DNA of 64,000 bases, taken from the sequence record OP045498.1. One strand, written 5' to 3'. Positions 38,298-46,491 of the stretch are shown here, in pieces (position 1 is the stretch's first letter; each line of letters begins with the position of its first letter). The DNA comes from Klebsiella phage 150049. The notes beneath the pieces are model-generated. The model had not been told where the DNA came from and searched no databases. It was given only the letters and a program-made list of their open reading frames with translations. The translations under genes were made by a program, and so were the position numbers.

Positions 38298-38373
38298 TGG
38301 ACGACCGCATGAGATTCGAACTCACATAAGGAGGTTTTGCAGGCCTCCGCCTAAGCCATTCAGCCAACGGTCG
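38298..38373 (-). tRNA. tRNA-Cys (GCA)
   Basis: Anticodon CTGCAAA; discriminator U73; T-arm GTGAG TTCGAAT CTCAT. Confidence 0.7.
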
Positions 38374-38551
38374 ATTTATCTTGCTTTTCGAGATTAGTAA
38401 ACTCTAGATCTTTAGAATGTCCTATAGATCTAGCATAATAGCCATCTCCAGCATCATAGCCTGACTTACCACACTCACACATCTTAAACTCTCTATAACG
38501 AGTGAAAATATGTTCAGAACCACAACACTTAAATTTAACTAACATTTTCAT
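38360..38551 (-). CDS. zinc-ribbon small protein
   Basis: CCGSEH ... CECGKS; 3' end overlaps the tRNA-Cys 5' end by 14 nt. Confidence 0.35.
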   Translation of the reverse strand: MKMLVKFKCCGSEHIFTRYREFKMCECGKSGYDAGDGYYARSIGHSKDLEFTNLEKQDKSTVG

Positions 38552-38790
38552 TTAACACGCTCCGGTAAATCTTCGAGTTTATATTGAGTAGCCACATTAG
38601 CAGCATCTAGTAACAAACCCATATGTTTAAGAATCCTAGTGATAGCCTCGCCTTCTGCTTCTTCTACAAAAGTGCGTAGTTGAATGAAGTCAATACCACC
38701 ATCCATACCAGAGAAAATGTTAAGTAAGCGAAGCATTACCAGCTTACGTTCTTTCAGTTCTTGTTCTGTCATGTTGCTTCTCCAGTTCAA
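38548..38790 (-). CDS. hypothetical protein
   Basis: ORF; cassette upstream. Confidence 0.45.
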   Translation of the reverse strand: MNWRSNMTEQELKERKLVMLRLLNIFSGMDGGIDFIQLRTFVEEAEGEAITRILKHMGLLLDAANVATQYKLEDLPERVK

Positions 38791-38860
38791 TTTATGTAAT
38801 AATTATACAGAACTTTAAGCGGTTAAGCAACTACATTTTTCAGAAATATGATGCCTTTCT
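38791..38860 (-). promoter_or_regulatory. early promoter cassette
   Basis: Conserved cassette. Confidence 0.5.
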
Positions 38861-39110
38861 TTTTCTTCTTATACTTCCACGTTAATGGATTCTGTCTATT
38901 ATGAACGCTTGAGATCTTTGTCTCGTCAAAGTTCTTCAATACCATGTAATCACAGGCCAACTGTTCTAGTGGGATGTGATCTCCGTCAAAAGCATAAACA
39001 TAAGGTTGTTGACTAGCACGATAATGATAGACTTTGTTAATTCTACGTTTCAGTGACTTATCCGCACAGTAAATAAAGAAGTTTTCAGGATGCATCAGCA
39101 TCTCCTTCAA
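38823..39110 (-). CDS. hypothetical protein
   Basis: ORF; its 3' end overlaps the cassette span upstream of CDS 38548-38790. Confidence 0.45.
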   Translation of the reverse strand: MKEMLMHPENFFIYCADKSLKRRINKVYHYRASQQPYVYAFDGDHIPLEQLACDYMVLKNFDETKISSVHNRQNPLTWKYKKKKKGIIFLKNVVA

Positions 39111-39112
39111 AT

Positions 39113-39187
39113 TGGTGCACCCTGTTCGTATCGAACGAACCTCTCAAGCTCTTCAGGCAAGCGCTAATCCATCTCAGCTAAAGGTGC
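39113..39187 (-). tRNA. tRNA-Phe (GAA), weak anticodon stem
   Basis: Acceptor and T-arm (GTTCG TTCGATA CGAAC) good; loop CTGAAGA; anticodon stem has two U-U mismatches. Confidence 0.45.
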
Positions 39188-39193
39188 AAATAT

Positions 39194-39270
39194 TGGCAAA
39201 CCTACTAGGACTCGAACCTAGACCGTACGGTTTTGGAGACCGACATGCTGTCCAGTAACACTCTAGGAAT
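39194..39270 (-). tRNA. tRNA-Trp (CCA)
   Basis: Anticodon arm TCGGT CTCCAAA ACCGT as in E. coli tRNA-Trp; acceptor has two mismatches. Confidence 0.6.
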
Positions 39271-39278
39271 GCAGAAAT

Positions 39279-39355
39279 TGGCGTCCTGTGCGGGGATCGA
39301 ACCCGCAAATCCTACCTTGAAAGGGTAGTGACTTTACCAGTTTGTCTAACAGGAC
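39279..39355 (-). tRNA. tRNA-Glu (TTC)
   Basis: Perfect acceptor GTCCTGT/ACAGGAC; anticodon arm CTACC CTTTCAA GGTAG. Confidence 0.8.
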
Positions 39356-39362
39356 TTAAATT

Positions 39363-39453
39363 TGGTGTTGGATGATGGAGTCGAACCACCCGAGACCCTT
39401 CCGAGTCGGCAGATTTACAGTCTGCTTCGCTACCTCTACGATACTAATCCAAC
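39363..39453 (-). tRNA. tRNA-Tyr (GTA), class II
   Basis: Perfect acceptor GTTGGAT/ATCCAAC; anticodon arm GCAGA CTGTAAA TCTGC identical to E. coli tRNA-Tyr; long variable arm. Confidence 0.8.
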
Positions 39454-39582
39454 ATATTTAGAAATATTCAAATACTAGTTTAAACACTTTTAAATATGTT
39501 TTCCAAATTAGATAACTATTATATCAAGTTTTGAAGGACTGAGCAAGTCAAATTTTAAAGAACTTGCTCAGTGCTATATCAG

Positions 39583-39858
39583 TTACTCGAAGCTAGGAGT
39601 GACACTCAGTTTGAATGGAAGCTCGAACACTTCTTCATAATCATCATTGAGCGTAATTACACGACCTTCTAGCTTAGTCATGGTGATTTCGATATCAGCC
39701 TTTGCATCAGGAGCCATACCAGCTTCCACACATTTAGCTTTGACTTCCGGCAGAAGTTCTACATCGTAGAAATAAAGCCATTCAATCTCACCTTCCCAGC
39801 CACCCCAGGATTTACAAACAGCACTTTCAACACCAGTTGCAGTAACACGTTTTGACAT
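39583..39858 (-). CDS. hypothetical protein
   Basis: ORF; cassette upstream. Confidence 0.45.
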   Translation of the reverse strand: MSKRVTATGVESAVCKSWGGWEGEIEWLYFYDVELLPEVKAKCVEAGMAPDAKADIEITMTKLEGRVITLNDDYEEVFELPFKLSVTPSFE

Positions 39859-39935
39859 TCGTTAACTCCTTCATCAATTTATATAACTATTATAGCAGAA
39901 ATCTTAAGTAAAAAGCAAGTACATTTTTAAAATTT
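39859..39935 (-). promoter_or_regulatory. early promoter cassette
   Basis: Conserved cassette. Confidence 0.5.
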
Positions 39936-39948
39936 CTGCTTGGAGGAG

Positions 39949-40155
39949 TTAAACTCCTGATTCTTCTGCCAGATCAAGCCCAACCAATGTGATTGCCATA
40001 ATAGCCGCGCCATGTTCTTTCTCTCCTAGCTCTTTGGCTTGAGTGAGAATATTGAGGAATTGCTTCTGAAAATCTGCAACTTCTTCTGTCATGCCTGCTT
40101 CAGCAATAATTCCTTTCAGCATAAAGCGTTGTGCCGTAATTTCAGGATTAGCCAT
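39949..40155 (-). CDS. hypothetical small protein
   Basis: ORF. Confidence 0.4.
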   Translation of the reverse strand: MANPEITAQRFMLKGIIAEAGMTEEVADFQKQFLNILTQAKELGEKEHGAAIMAITLVGLDLAEESGV

Positions 40156-40168
40156 TTATTATCTCCAG

Positions 40169-40291
40169 TTATTTAGAATGTAAGCCAAACTTAGGATCAT
40201 AGCGATCGTAAGTCGTACCATTAGTTGAAGCCTTGATGCTATGAAAACGACAGTACATAAATTTACGTAGTGCTTTCTTAATAGCTTTCAT
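40169..40291 (-). CDS. 40 aa basic peptide
   Basis: AAGGAAATAAA ATG at 40291; stop at 40169. Confidence 0.3.
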   Translation of the reverse strand: MKAIKKALRKFMYCRFHSIKASTNGTTYDRYDPKFGLHSK

Positions 40292-40306
40292 TTTATTTCC
40301 TTAATT

Positions 40307-40383
40307 TGGTAGGGGTGGTGGGATTCGAACCCACAAAACCTGAATTTTAAGTCCAGTACCTATGCCAATTCGATTACACCCCC
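40307..40383 (-). tRNA. class-I tRNA with UAA anticodon (Leu by anticodon)
   Basis: Acceptor GGGGGTG/CACCCCT; T-arm GTGGG TTCGAAT CCCAC; anticodon arm CTGGA CTTAAAA TTCAG; short variable loop is unusual for Leu. Confidence 0.5.
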
Positions 40384-40391
40384 ATGTAATC

Positions 40392-40730
40392 TTAGCGAAT
40401 CTCTAAACCCTGGAAATATCGAGGGAATGGAGAGCCAACTTCAAAATTGATGCCCCAGTTAAGTTCAACGAGTTCAGATTTATTAAGATCTAGGCCATTA
40501 CCTTCAAAGATATAGCCGTAAACCGCAGGGAACATAGCTGCTAGATCTTCCATATCGGAATGAGCATTGTGTTCTTCACGGAACTGCTCAAACTCTTCAA
40601 AGAACTTTTCTAGGAAAAACTCAGGTACGATGAACGTTACCACATCAGTAGAATCATCGGTACGATACACCGTAGCTTGGAACAAGCCAACACCTAAAAG
40701 GTTTATTGCCGGAGTAGTAAAAATATCCAT
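40392..40730 (-). CDS. hypothetical protein
   Basis: Start ATG 40730 with GAGAGAGG RBS. Confidence 0.45.
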   Translation of the reverse strand: MDIFTTPAINLLGVGLFQATVYRTDDSTDVVTFIVPEFFLEKFFEEFEQFREEHNAHSDMEDLAAMFPAVYGYIFEGNGLDLNKSELVELNWGINFEVGSPFPRYFQGLEIR

Positions 40731-40731
40731 C

Positions 40732-40917
40732 TTAGCCTCTCTCAATGTCTAGACAAATTGCATATTCAGGGTTGATACCAGTACCTTTACATGTAGGACA
40801 TTCCCATTCTCTACAGAAAATATCCCCAGGCTCTGCATCATCCTGCCTACCACCACCATGACAGTCCTTACACCGACATTCTTCTAATGCTTTCTTCATT
40901 TCATAGAATCTAGACAT
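40732..40917 (-). CDS. zinc-ribbon small protein
   Basis: CRCKDCHGG ... CPTCKG. Confidence 0.4.
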   Translation of the reverse strand: MSRFYEMKKALEECRCKDCHGGGRQDDAEPGDIFCREWECPTCKGTGINPEYAICLDIERG

Positions 40918-40935
40918 ATAGTCTCCTAGTTAATT

Positions 40936-41012
40936 GGTGGCTCCCGGAGGATTCGAACCTACCTACCTTTCGCTTATGAGGCGACGGCTCATACCAAATG
41001 AGCTTGAGAACC
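40936..41012 (-). tRNA. tRNA-Met (CAT), third CAT tRNA
   Basis: D-arm GCTC ATTTGGTAT GAGC; anticodon loop CTCATAA. Confidence 0.6.
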
Positions 41013-41017
41013 AAATT

Positions 41018-41111
41018 TGGAGGAAGATGCCAGACTCGAACTGGCACACCGTGTCTCCACAGCTACTGGCTGTTTAGCAAACAGCTCCCTTACCTTTAGG
41101 GTTAATCTTCC
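41018..41111 (-). tRNA. tRNA-Ser (GCT), class II
   Basis: Perfect acceptor GGAAGAT/ATCTTCC; anticodon arm GCTGT TTGCTAA ACAGC; long variable arm. Confidence 0.75.
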
Positions 41112-41112
41112 A

Positions 41113-41175
41113 AATTTATGAATATATTATACAGAAAATTTCGGCATTAAGCAAGTGAAATTTTACTGAACATTG
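41113..41175 (-). promoter_or_regulatory. early promoter cassette driving the tRNA cluster (no RBS or ATG)
   Basis: Cassette directly upstream of the tRNA-Ser(GCT) 5' end. Confidence 0.5.
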
Positions 41176-41459
41176 CACTGATATACCTGTTTGATACGTG
41201 TCACTGACTTCTTAGTTGGGTTGATAGAAGAACCCTGCCACCAACGTGACTCTGAGCTAAGAACAGCACTAGGAACAGCCTGCTCTTTTGGCAGAACAAT
41301 ATCAAAACACTGTTCACCCATATTATCTTTAATGTGTGACCAAATATCCAAAGTAAATCGTTCTAACTTATTACAAACCTGAACTTGACAAAGTTCCTGT
41401 TGCGGAGCAGCAAATACAGAAGTAGATACTAGAGTCAATGCAAGTACAATGCGTTTCAT
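41163..41459 (-). CDS. secreted small protein
   Basis: Signal peptide MKRIVLALTLVSTSVFAAP; its 3' end overlaps the cassette 41113-41175. Confidence 0.45.
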   Translation of the reverse strand: MKRIVLALTLVSTSVFAAPQQELCQVQVCNKLERFTLDIWSHIKDNMGEQCFDIVLPKEQAVPSAVLSSESRWWQGSSINPTKKSVTRIKQVYQCNVQ

Positions 41460-41530
41460 GTTTGATTCCTCTCTCGAATTTATAAATATATTATACAGAA
41501 ATTTTCTATATTAAGCAAGTGAAAATTTCT
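41460..41530 (-). promoter_or_regulatory. early promoter cassette inside an 18-bp perfect inverted repeat
   Basis: TATTATACAGAAATTTTC / GAAAATTTCTGTATAATA flank the -35 TTGCTT. Confidence 0.55.
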
Positions 41531-41534
41531 GTAT

Positions 41535-41565
41535 AATAGCCCTCTAAGCGAGGGCTATAACTACT
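41535..41565 (-). terminator. hairpin after pnuC
   Basis: TAGCCCTC GCTTA GAGGGCTA. Confidence 0.4.
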
Positions 41566-42258
41566 TTATTTGTTAACGCGTACAAAGTATCCTTTATAAG
41601 CTCCAAGAATAGAGTTGCCTAAGAATACTAGCCACATTGCTAGGATTGCGTAAGATGCACCTGTAGATTGAGCAGTTACAAGCCAAATGTACACAGTACC
41701 AATGTTAATAGCAATCCAAATCAGCCATTGTTCAGCATATTGTTTGACCATAAGCCACATAGCAATCACACTACCAACCGCAGTAAATGCGTCAAGCATT
41801 GGGAATGGATCAGCGGTAGTAGCAAGGAAGCTGCCATATCCTAAAGTAGCTACTGCTAGAACCCCTAGAGTCAGCAAAGCTTGAGCTTTGCTCAGAATCT
41901 TAGTTGGAACATCTGGCAGATTACTTGGCTTATTTTTATGCCATAAGTACATTCCATAAAACTGCATAGGAACATAGTATAGCAGGTTTAGTGCAGCGTT
42001 ACCATAAAGATCTGCATTTAAAGCCGTAATACCATAGGTAAGAACTCCAACTAAGCCCCAAATATAGTTGGAAACACGTCCTTTTGCAACCAGAATAACA
42101 CAAACCACGTTGGTTATTGCAGTAGCCCAATCTAGAGCTGTACCATTATAGTTTGCTAAACTAATAAAGGCGACTGCTATAAACAGCCACAGATATTCCA
42201 AAGGTTTCCAGTTTTTAAAGTCATTTACAAGATAGTTAGTCATATTAAAACTCTCCAA
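41566..42258 (-). CDS. pnuC: PnuC-family nicotinamide riboside transporter
   Basis: 230 aa, about 7 TM helices, W/Y-rich PnuC-like pattern; adjacent to the nadR-like gene. Confidence 0.65.
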   Translation of the reverse strand: MESFNMTNYLVNDFKNWKPLEYLWLFIAVAFISLANYNGTALDWATAITNVVCVILVAKGRVSNYIWGLVGVLTYGITALNADLYGNAALNLLYYVPMQFYGMYLWHKNKPSNLPDVPTKILSKAQALLTLGVLAVATLGYGSFLATTADPFPMLDAFTAVGSVIAMWLMVKQYAEQWLIWIAINIGTVYIWLVTAQSTGASYAILAMWLVFLGNSILGAYKGYFVRVNK

Positions 42259-43300
42259 CGTTAAAGTGATGAATCAGCCAGTCTACTGCGTTTACTGCTT
42301 CGTCCATACGAACCTTATAGTCCGGGGAGTCAATATATACAGTACGCCCTTCTGGGAACTGATTAGGAAATTCTTTCTTCATCTGCTCGAACAGTTCAGA
42401 AGTAATTGAACGATCGGAGTTAATACGTAAACCATCATCTACCCACTTAACAGTAGGTGCTAAAACTATAACTAAATCATAATGCTCTTCTTTAGCAATA
42501 GCTGTTACAACCGGATTTTTACGATGCTCGTAAAGTCTGTGATAAAACTCTGTAATGAAAGCATTTGTGTCTACAAACATGATCTTATTTGCAGTACGTT
42601 CTGCCTCAAACTCTAGCTCTTTGTGCCTGAATGCAATTTTATTATAGTCCTCGCTAGTCAGGAGTTCTTCATTACCAACTAGATCAACTTCGCAGTAAGT
42701 ACGACCATATTCTTCTACCCACGAAGTATTATATAATTTCGCAAGGTACTTTGTTAAAGTTGTTTTGCCGGAGCTTTCAGTACCAATGATAACAACCTTA
42801 CGCACGTAGTCTTTACGAACTACGCTAGGTAGGAATTCCCAATACTTCATAAGATCATTACGAATCATAGTAGCTGAGATTGGAACACGAGTCCGATCAG
42901 AGTCTACAATATAATGTCCAAACTTCGGCAGATATTTCTTATATTCTGCATCATAGTCTATTTCGCTAGAGAAAATGGTAATTTCAGGCAAATGGCCATA
43001 ATTATCATTCAGGATTCTAGCATATTCTGGCCAACCGTTTGGGTACTCTGGAATATCATCTTCAATAATGTACTCTACCGAAACATGCTCGATATCAGCA
43101 TAAGTTTGCTCAAGCCAACGCAGTCGATTCTTTAACTGCAAGACTTCCTGATCACGTGTGTTTTGTTTATCCAGCCAGCGATTATCATGACTAACTACAA
43201 CAATAACTCGCTCACACATAGTTGCTGCTGTATTAATTAAGTTAATATGACCACGCGTTAATGGTGCGAACTTACCAATTACTAGACCAGTCTTAATCAT
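42245..43300 (-). CDS. nadR: NadR-like bifunctional NMN adenylyltransferase / ribosylnicotinamide kinase (no HTH domain)
   Basis: N-terminal GKFAPLTRGH (HxGH nucleotidyltransferase); C-terminal P-loop IIGTESSGKTTL; start ATG 43300 with cassette RBS. Confidence 0.7.
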   Translation of the reverse strand: MIKTGLVIGKFAPLTRGHINLINTAATMCERVIVVVSHDNRWLDKQNTRDQEVLQLKNRLRWLEQTYADIEHVSVEYIIEDDIPEYPNGWPEYARILNDNYGHLPEITIFSSEIDYDAEYKKYLPKFGHYIVDSDRTRVPISATMIRNDLMKYWEFLPSVVRKDYVRKVVIIGTESSGKTTLTKYLAKLYNTSWVEEYGRTYCEVDLVGNEELLTSEDYNKIAFRHKELEFEAERTANKIMFVDTNAFITEFYHRLYEHRKNPVVTAIAKEEHYDLVIVLAPTVKWVDDGLRINSDRSITSELFEQMKKEFPNQFPEGRTVYIDSPDYKVRMDEAVNAVDWLIHHFNVGEF

Positions 43301-43375
43301 ATTTGATTCCTCTCTCAAATTTATAAATATATTATACAGAGAATTTAGCATTCAAGCAATTGAATTTTTAAACTT
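43301..43375 (-). promoter_or_regulatory. early promoter cassette
   Basis: Conserved cassette. Confidence 0.55.
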
Positions 43376-43484
43376 TTTAGTGGAAAATCGCAGGGCACTT
43401 AAGGGTAGCAGGTGAGTGGTGAGGTCCAGAAATTGTTACCCCAACAGAAATTCGGGGGCAATTTTTAAAGACCCCTTGACATTT

Positions 43485-43556
43485 TCGCTGGGGTAGTGTA
43501 AAGTATATGTTATGGATGAGTGATCAAAGAGACACACAATTTCTATATACTAGGAG
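43485..43556 (+). promoter_or_regulatory. sigma70-like promoter TTGACA-17-TAAAGT
   Basis: Upstream of plus-strand operon 43557-45192; RBS AGGAGG. Confidence 0.5.
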
Positions 43557-44549
43557 GTGTCAAAAATGACAGAAGAAGCAACTAAGAAACCTGAGACCGT
43601 CAGTGAAGTCGCAGCAGAACTGAGACGTCATGAGGAATCAGACAAACATAAGTGGGAGAAGGTCAAGGCCTACGAAAAGAAACATCGTGATCACGATGAT
43701 GACGATGAAGATGACGACCATGAGGGCTGTCATAAACATAGGAAACATAAAATGCAAGAACCAGTAAACGTATTCACTAGCGGCTTCCCAGGTCTGATGG
43801 GTGGTTACCCAGCAGTAGCAAATGGTGCTTTCGGCGGTGAAGGTATGGGTCTATTCGGAGCCATCCTGATTGGTGCTCTATTAACAGGCGGATTCGGTGG
43901 TTTCGGTGGTTTCGGACGTGGTGCTGGTGTTGCCGCTGAGGGAACTGCTGTGGATGCTATCCTATCTAACCAGGATACTGCAAGTATTCTAGCTGCAATC
44001 AACACTGCTCGTACCGAAGCGAATCAAGGTACTGGTGCTGTTCTGAGCGCTGTTAATGGTGTAGGTGCTGCTCAAGCTTCTAGCACTCAACAGATTCTGA
44101 CTACTGTGTATGGTACTGGTGCTAACCTGTCCAACCAGATCTGTCAGGAAACTCGTAACGTTATTCAGGGTCAGTTCGATCTTTCTCGCCAGATGGATCA
44201 AGCTTTCGCTGCTAACCAGATCGCTCGTGCACAAGACAAGTTTGACTCTGCCCAGATTGCTTTCCAGCAGTCTCTTCAGACTAACAACCAGTTTGCCGCT
44301 GTTCAGGCTCAGATGTGTGCTAACCAGAACGCTATCGAACGTCAGCTTGCTGAGTGCTGCTGCGAACTTCAGACTGCGATTGCTGGTGTAACTACTGCGC
44401 GTATCCAAGACGAACTGAATGAATGCCGTCTGCGTGAAGCAATCGCTGCAGGTAGCGGTGCAAACGGTCAGGTAATCAATCAAATCGCTGTAAGCCTGGG
44501 TGCAATTACTCAGACTCTAGCAGCTCTACAGGCTAAAGTACCAGCCTAA
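43557..44549 (+). CDS. low-complexity protein: His/Asp-rich N-terminus, Gly-rich TM-like segment, Gln/Ala-rich coiled region
   Basis: 330 aa; HRDHDDDDEDDDHEGCHKHRKHK then GGFGGFGGFG then Q/A/N-rich repeats. Confidence 0.55.
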   Translation: MSKMTEEATKKPETVSEVAAELRRHEESDKHKWEKVKAYEKKHRDHDDDDEDDDHEGCHKHRKHKMQEPVNVFTSGFPGLMGGYPAVANGAFGGEGMGLFGAILIGALLTGGFGGFGGFGRGAGVAAEGTAVDAILSNQDTASILAAINTARTEANQGTGAVLSAVNGVGAAQASSTQQILTTVYGTGANLSNQICQETRNVIQGQFDLSRQMDQAFAANQIARAQDKFDSAQIAFQQSLQTNNQFAAVQAQMCANQNAIERQLAECCCELQTAIAGVTTARIQDELNECRLREAIAAGSGANGQVINQIAVSLGAITQTLAALQAKVPA

Positions 44550-44571
44550 TCTTTAAGGGGAGGAGCCCATT

Positions 44572-44988
44572 ATGAGTAAATATGGTTTTGTGAACAACGG
44601 ATTTAATCAACCAATGGGCTCTCAGCAGCCCATTCCGGGTCTGGATAACCCTTACCTACAACAGTTGCAACAGCGTTTAGCAGAAGCGCAACAGATGCAG
44701 CAGCAACTCCAGCAAAACCCTGGAAGTGTGAGTCCTATGCAAATGATGCAGCAAATGAGCGGGCAGTCGCAAATGCCTCAACAAATGCAGCAACAGGTGC
44801 CTCAGCAGCAAGTTCAGCAACAAACCCAACAACCGCAGGTTTCTGCGGAAGGACAGGCAGTACTAGCCCTTTTCGAAGACTTCGCAAAGACAGAGGATGG
44901 GAAACAGCTTGTATCACTTATGGGTAAGTTTAATAGCTTCTGCCAAAGCCAAGTTGCAAAAGCTCAAAATGGCGGTAATAACTCCTAA
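44572..44988 (+). CDS. Gln-rich (prion-like) protein
   Basis: QQLQQRLAEAQQMQQQLQQN...QQMQQQVPQQQVQQQTQQPQ. Confidence 0.5.
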   Translation: MSKYGFVNNGFNQPMGSQQPIPGLDNPYLQQLQQRLAEAQQMQQQLQQNPGSVSPMQMMQQMSGQSQMPQQMQQQVPQQQVQQQTQQPQVSAEGQAVLALFEDFAKTEDGKQLVSLMGKFNSFCQSQVAKAQNGGNNS

Positions 44989-44997
44989 GGAGGAATT

Positions 44998-45192
44998 ATG
45001 TGTTGCAGAAAATCTGTTTCGTGCTGCCCAATACCTGTAGCACGTTGTTGCTCTCCAGCAATGTTTACACAAATACCGGTGTTCAATCCGTTTACCTTTA
45101 AGCCTACTCTTATCCTGCCCCCTAGAGTAGATTTTCAGTCAAGATTGGTCTCCCGTATGGGTGGTTGTTGTAACAAGAGAGTATGGTTCTAA
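44998..45192 (+). CDS. Cys-rich small protein (CC, CC, CC pairs)
   Basis: MCCRKSVSCCPIPVARCC ... GGCCNK. Confidence 0.4.
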   Translation: MCCRKSVSCCPIPVARCCSPAMFTQIPVFNPFTFKPTLILPPRVDFQSRLVSRMGGCCNKRVWF

Positions 45193-45200
45193 ACCAAAAA

Positions 45201-45233
45201 ACAAAAGCCCCTGCCGAAAGGTAAGGGGCTTTT
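45201..45233 (+). terminator. rho-independent terminator
   Basis: AAAAGCCCCT gccgaaaggta AGGGGCTTTTTCTTTT. Confidence 0.65.
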
Positions 45234-45251
45234 TCTTTTGCCTTAAATACA

Positions 45252-45290
45252 GAAAAGCCCGCGCTCTCGAAGGAAACGCGGGCTTGGTTC
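45252..45290 (-). terminator. rho-independent terminator (convergent)
   Basis: AGCCCGCG ... CGCGGGCT followed by TTTTCTGTATTT on the minus strand. Confidence 0.55.
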
Positions 45291-45308
45291 GAAGATTACG
45301 TGTAACTA

Positions 45309-46253
45309 TTACTTGTTACGCATATCCATGATCATTTGACCATCGTAGCCAGTACCGACAACAGTCTGTGGTACACCACCTTGGTATTTTTCAGCACGAA
45401 GCATTTCAACTTCCAGCTGCTTCCAACGAATCATTTCAGGAGTAATGGTACGTTGCAGAGCGGCGTTAGCTTCAGCTTCTTTCTTAGCTGCGTACAGTTT
45501 AGCATCTGCGTCACGTTCGTTAGCTACTGCCATGTTTTCACGAGCGGAACGATCTGCCTCAGCTTGCTTAACTTTCTGCTGTGCTTCTTGTTCAACACGA
45601 GCCAGTTCAGCTTTTGCAGCGTTAACTTGTTCTTCACGAACTTTGGTGTTCTGTACCTGTTCCATGATTACCGGTGGCAGAGTAATATCCTGAAGGAATA
45701 CTTGCTTAACGGTGTAACCATAAGGACGCGCATACTCTTCTACTTCTTGCTGAATAGCGGTTTGCAGTTGAGCCTGAATCTTAGCGTCGAACAGATCTTG
45801 TGCTTTTGGTACAGACTTACCAAACTCACGAATCGTAGACAGCATCTTCTCTTCAACGTACTTGTTCAGAGCTTGATCCTGAGTACCTGCGTTAACACGG
45901 TTCATAGGAGCTTTAGCACCATCAAACTGCAACATAACGGTAATGTCAACAGTAGACTTAAACTTATCCTGGCTAGGAACCTGAAGTTTATCCAGTTTCA
46001 TGGAAATATCTTTCGTACTAAAAGTATCAAAAGAAGCAAATGGGTTAACAATATGGAAGCCTGGCAGTACAGGGTTCGGGCTAACTTTACCCAGGAAGGT
46101 TTGAGTCTTAACAGTACCATCCTGAACAACTGTGTAGGAATTGAGAGCCAGAATAAGAGCGCCAAGACCAACTACAGCACCAACACCCCAACGTTTAATA
46201 GTACGAATTACTTTTTGATCGGAAGTCAGTTCTTTAGTGTTTTTAGTAAACAT
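45309..46253 (-). CDS. SPFH/band-7 (prohibitin/HflC-like) membrane protein
   Basis: N-terminal TM then a PHB-like domain and coiled coil. Confidence 0.6.
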   Translation of the reverse strand: MFTKNTKELTSDQKVIRTIKRWGVGAVVGLGALILALNSYTVVQDGTVKTQTFLGKVSPNPVLPGFHIVNPFASFDTFSTKDISMKLDKLQVPSQDKFKSTVDITVMLQFDGAKAPMNRVNAGTQDQALNKYVEEKMLSTIREFGKSVPKAQDLFDAKIQAQLQTAIQQEVEEYARPYGYTVKQVFLQDITLPPVIMEQVQNTKVREEQVNAAKAELARVEQEAQQKVKQAEADRSARENMAVANERDADAKLYAAKKEAEANAALQRTITPEMIRWKQLEVEMLRAEKYQGGVPQTVVGTGYDGQMIMDMRNK

Positions 46254-46264
46254 ATATTTCCTTA

Positions 46265-46465
46265 TTATTTAGAAGAGTTAGCTACTACAGTTACTTTAGT
46301 TGCAGAAATAAACAGGCTAGCATCCACAGCAAATTCAGGAGCTTTGATATCTCCGTTATGAAATATGACTATACCGGAGACTACTTCAAATGCTAGCGCT
46401 GTAACATCGGTGGTATTTACTTGTGAATGTTCACCTACTACTTTTACTATATATCGTGTTTTCAC
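46265..46465 (-). CDS. hypothetical small protein
   Basis: ORF. Confidence 0.35.
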   Translation of the reverse strand: MKTRYIVKVVGEHSQVNTTDVTALAFEVVSGIVIFHNGDIKAPEFAVDASLFISATKVTVVANSSK

Positions 46466-46491
46466 TTTATTTTCCTAGCAGTTAATAAAAT

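Noticed and set aside
45336-46361. 341 aa plus-strand ORF
   Set aside because: Lies entirely antisense to the SPFH-domain gene 45309-46253; low-complexity Leu/Ser/Phe-rich translation typical of antisense frames; no RBS.
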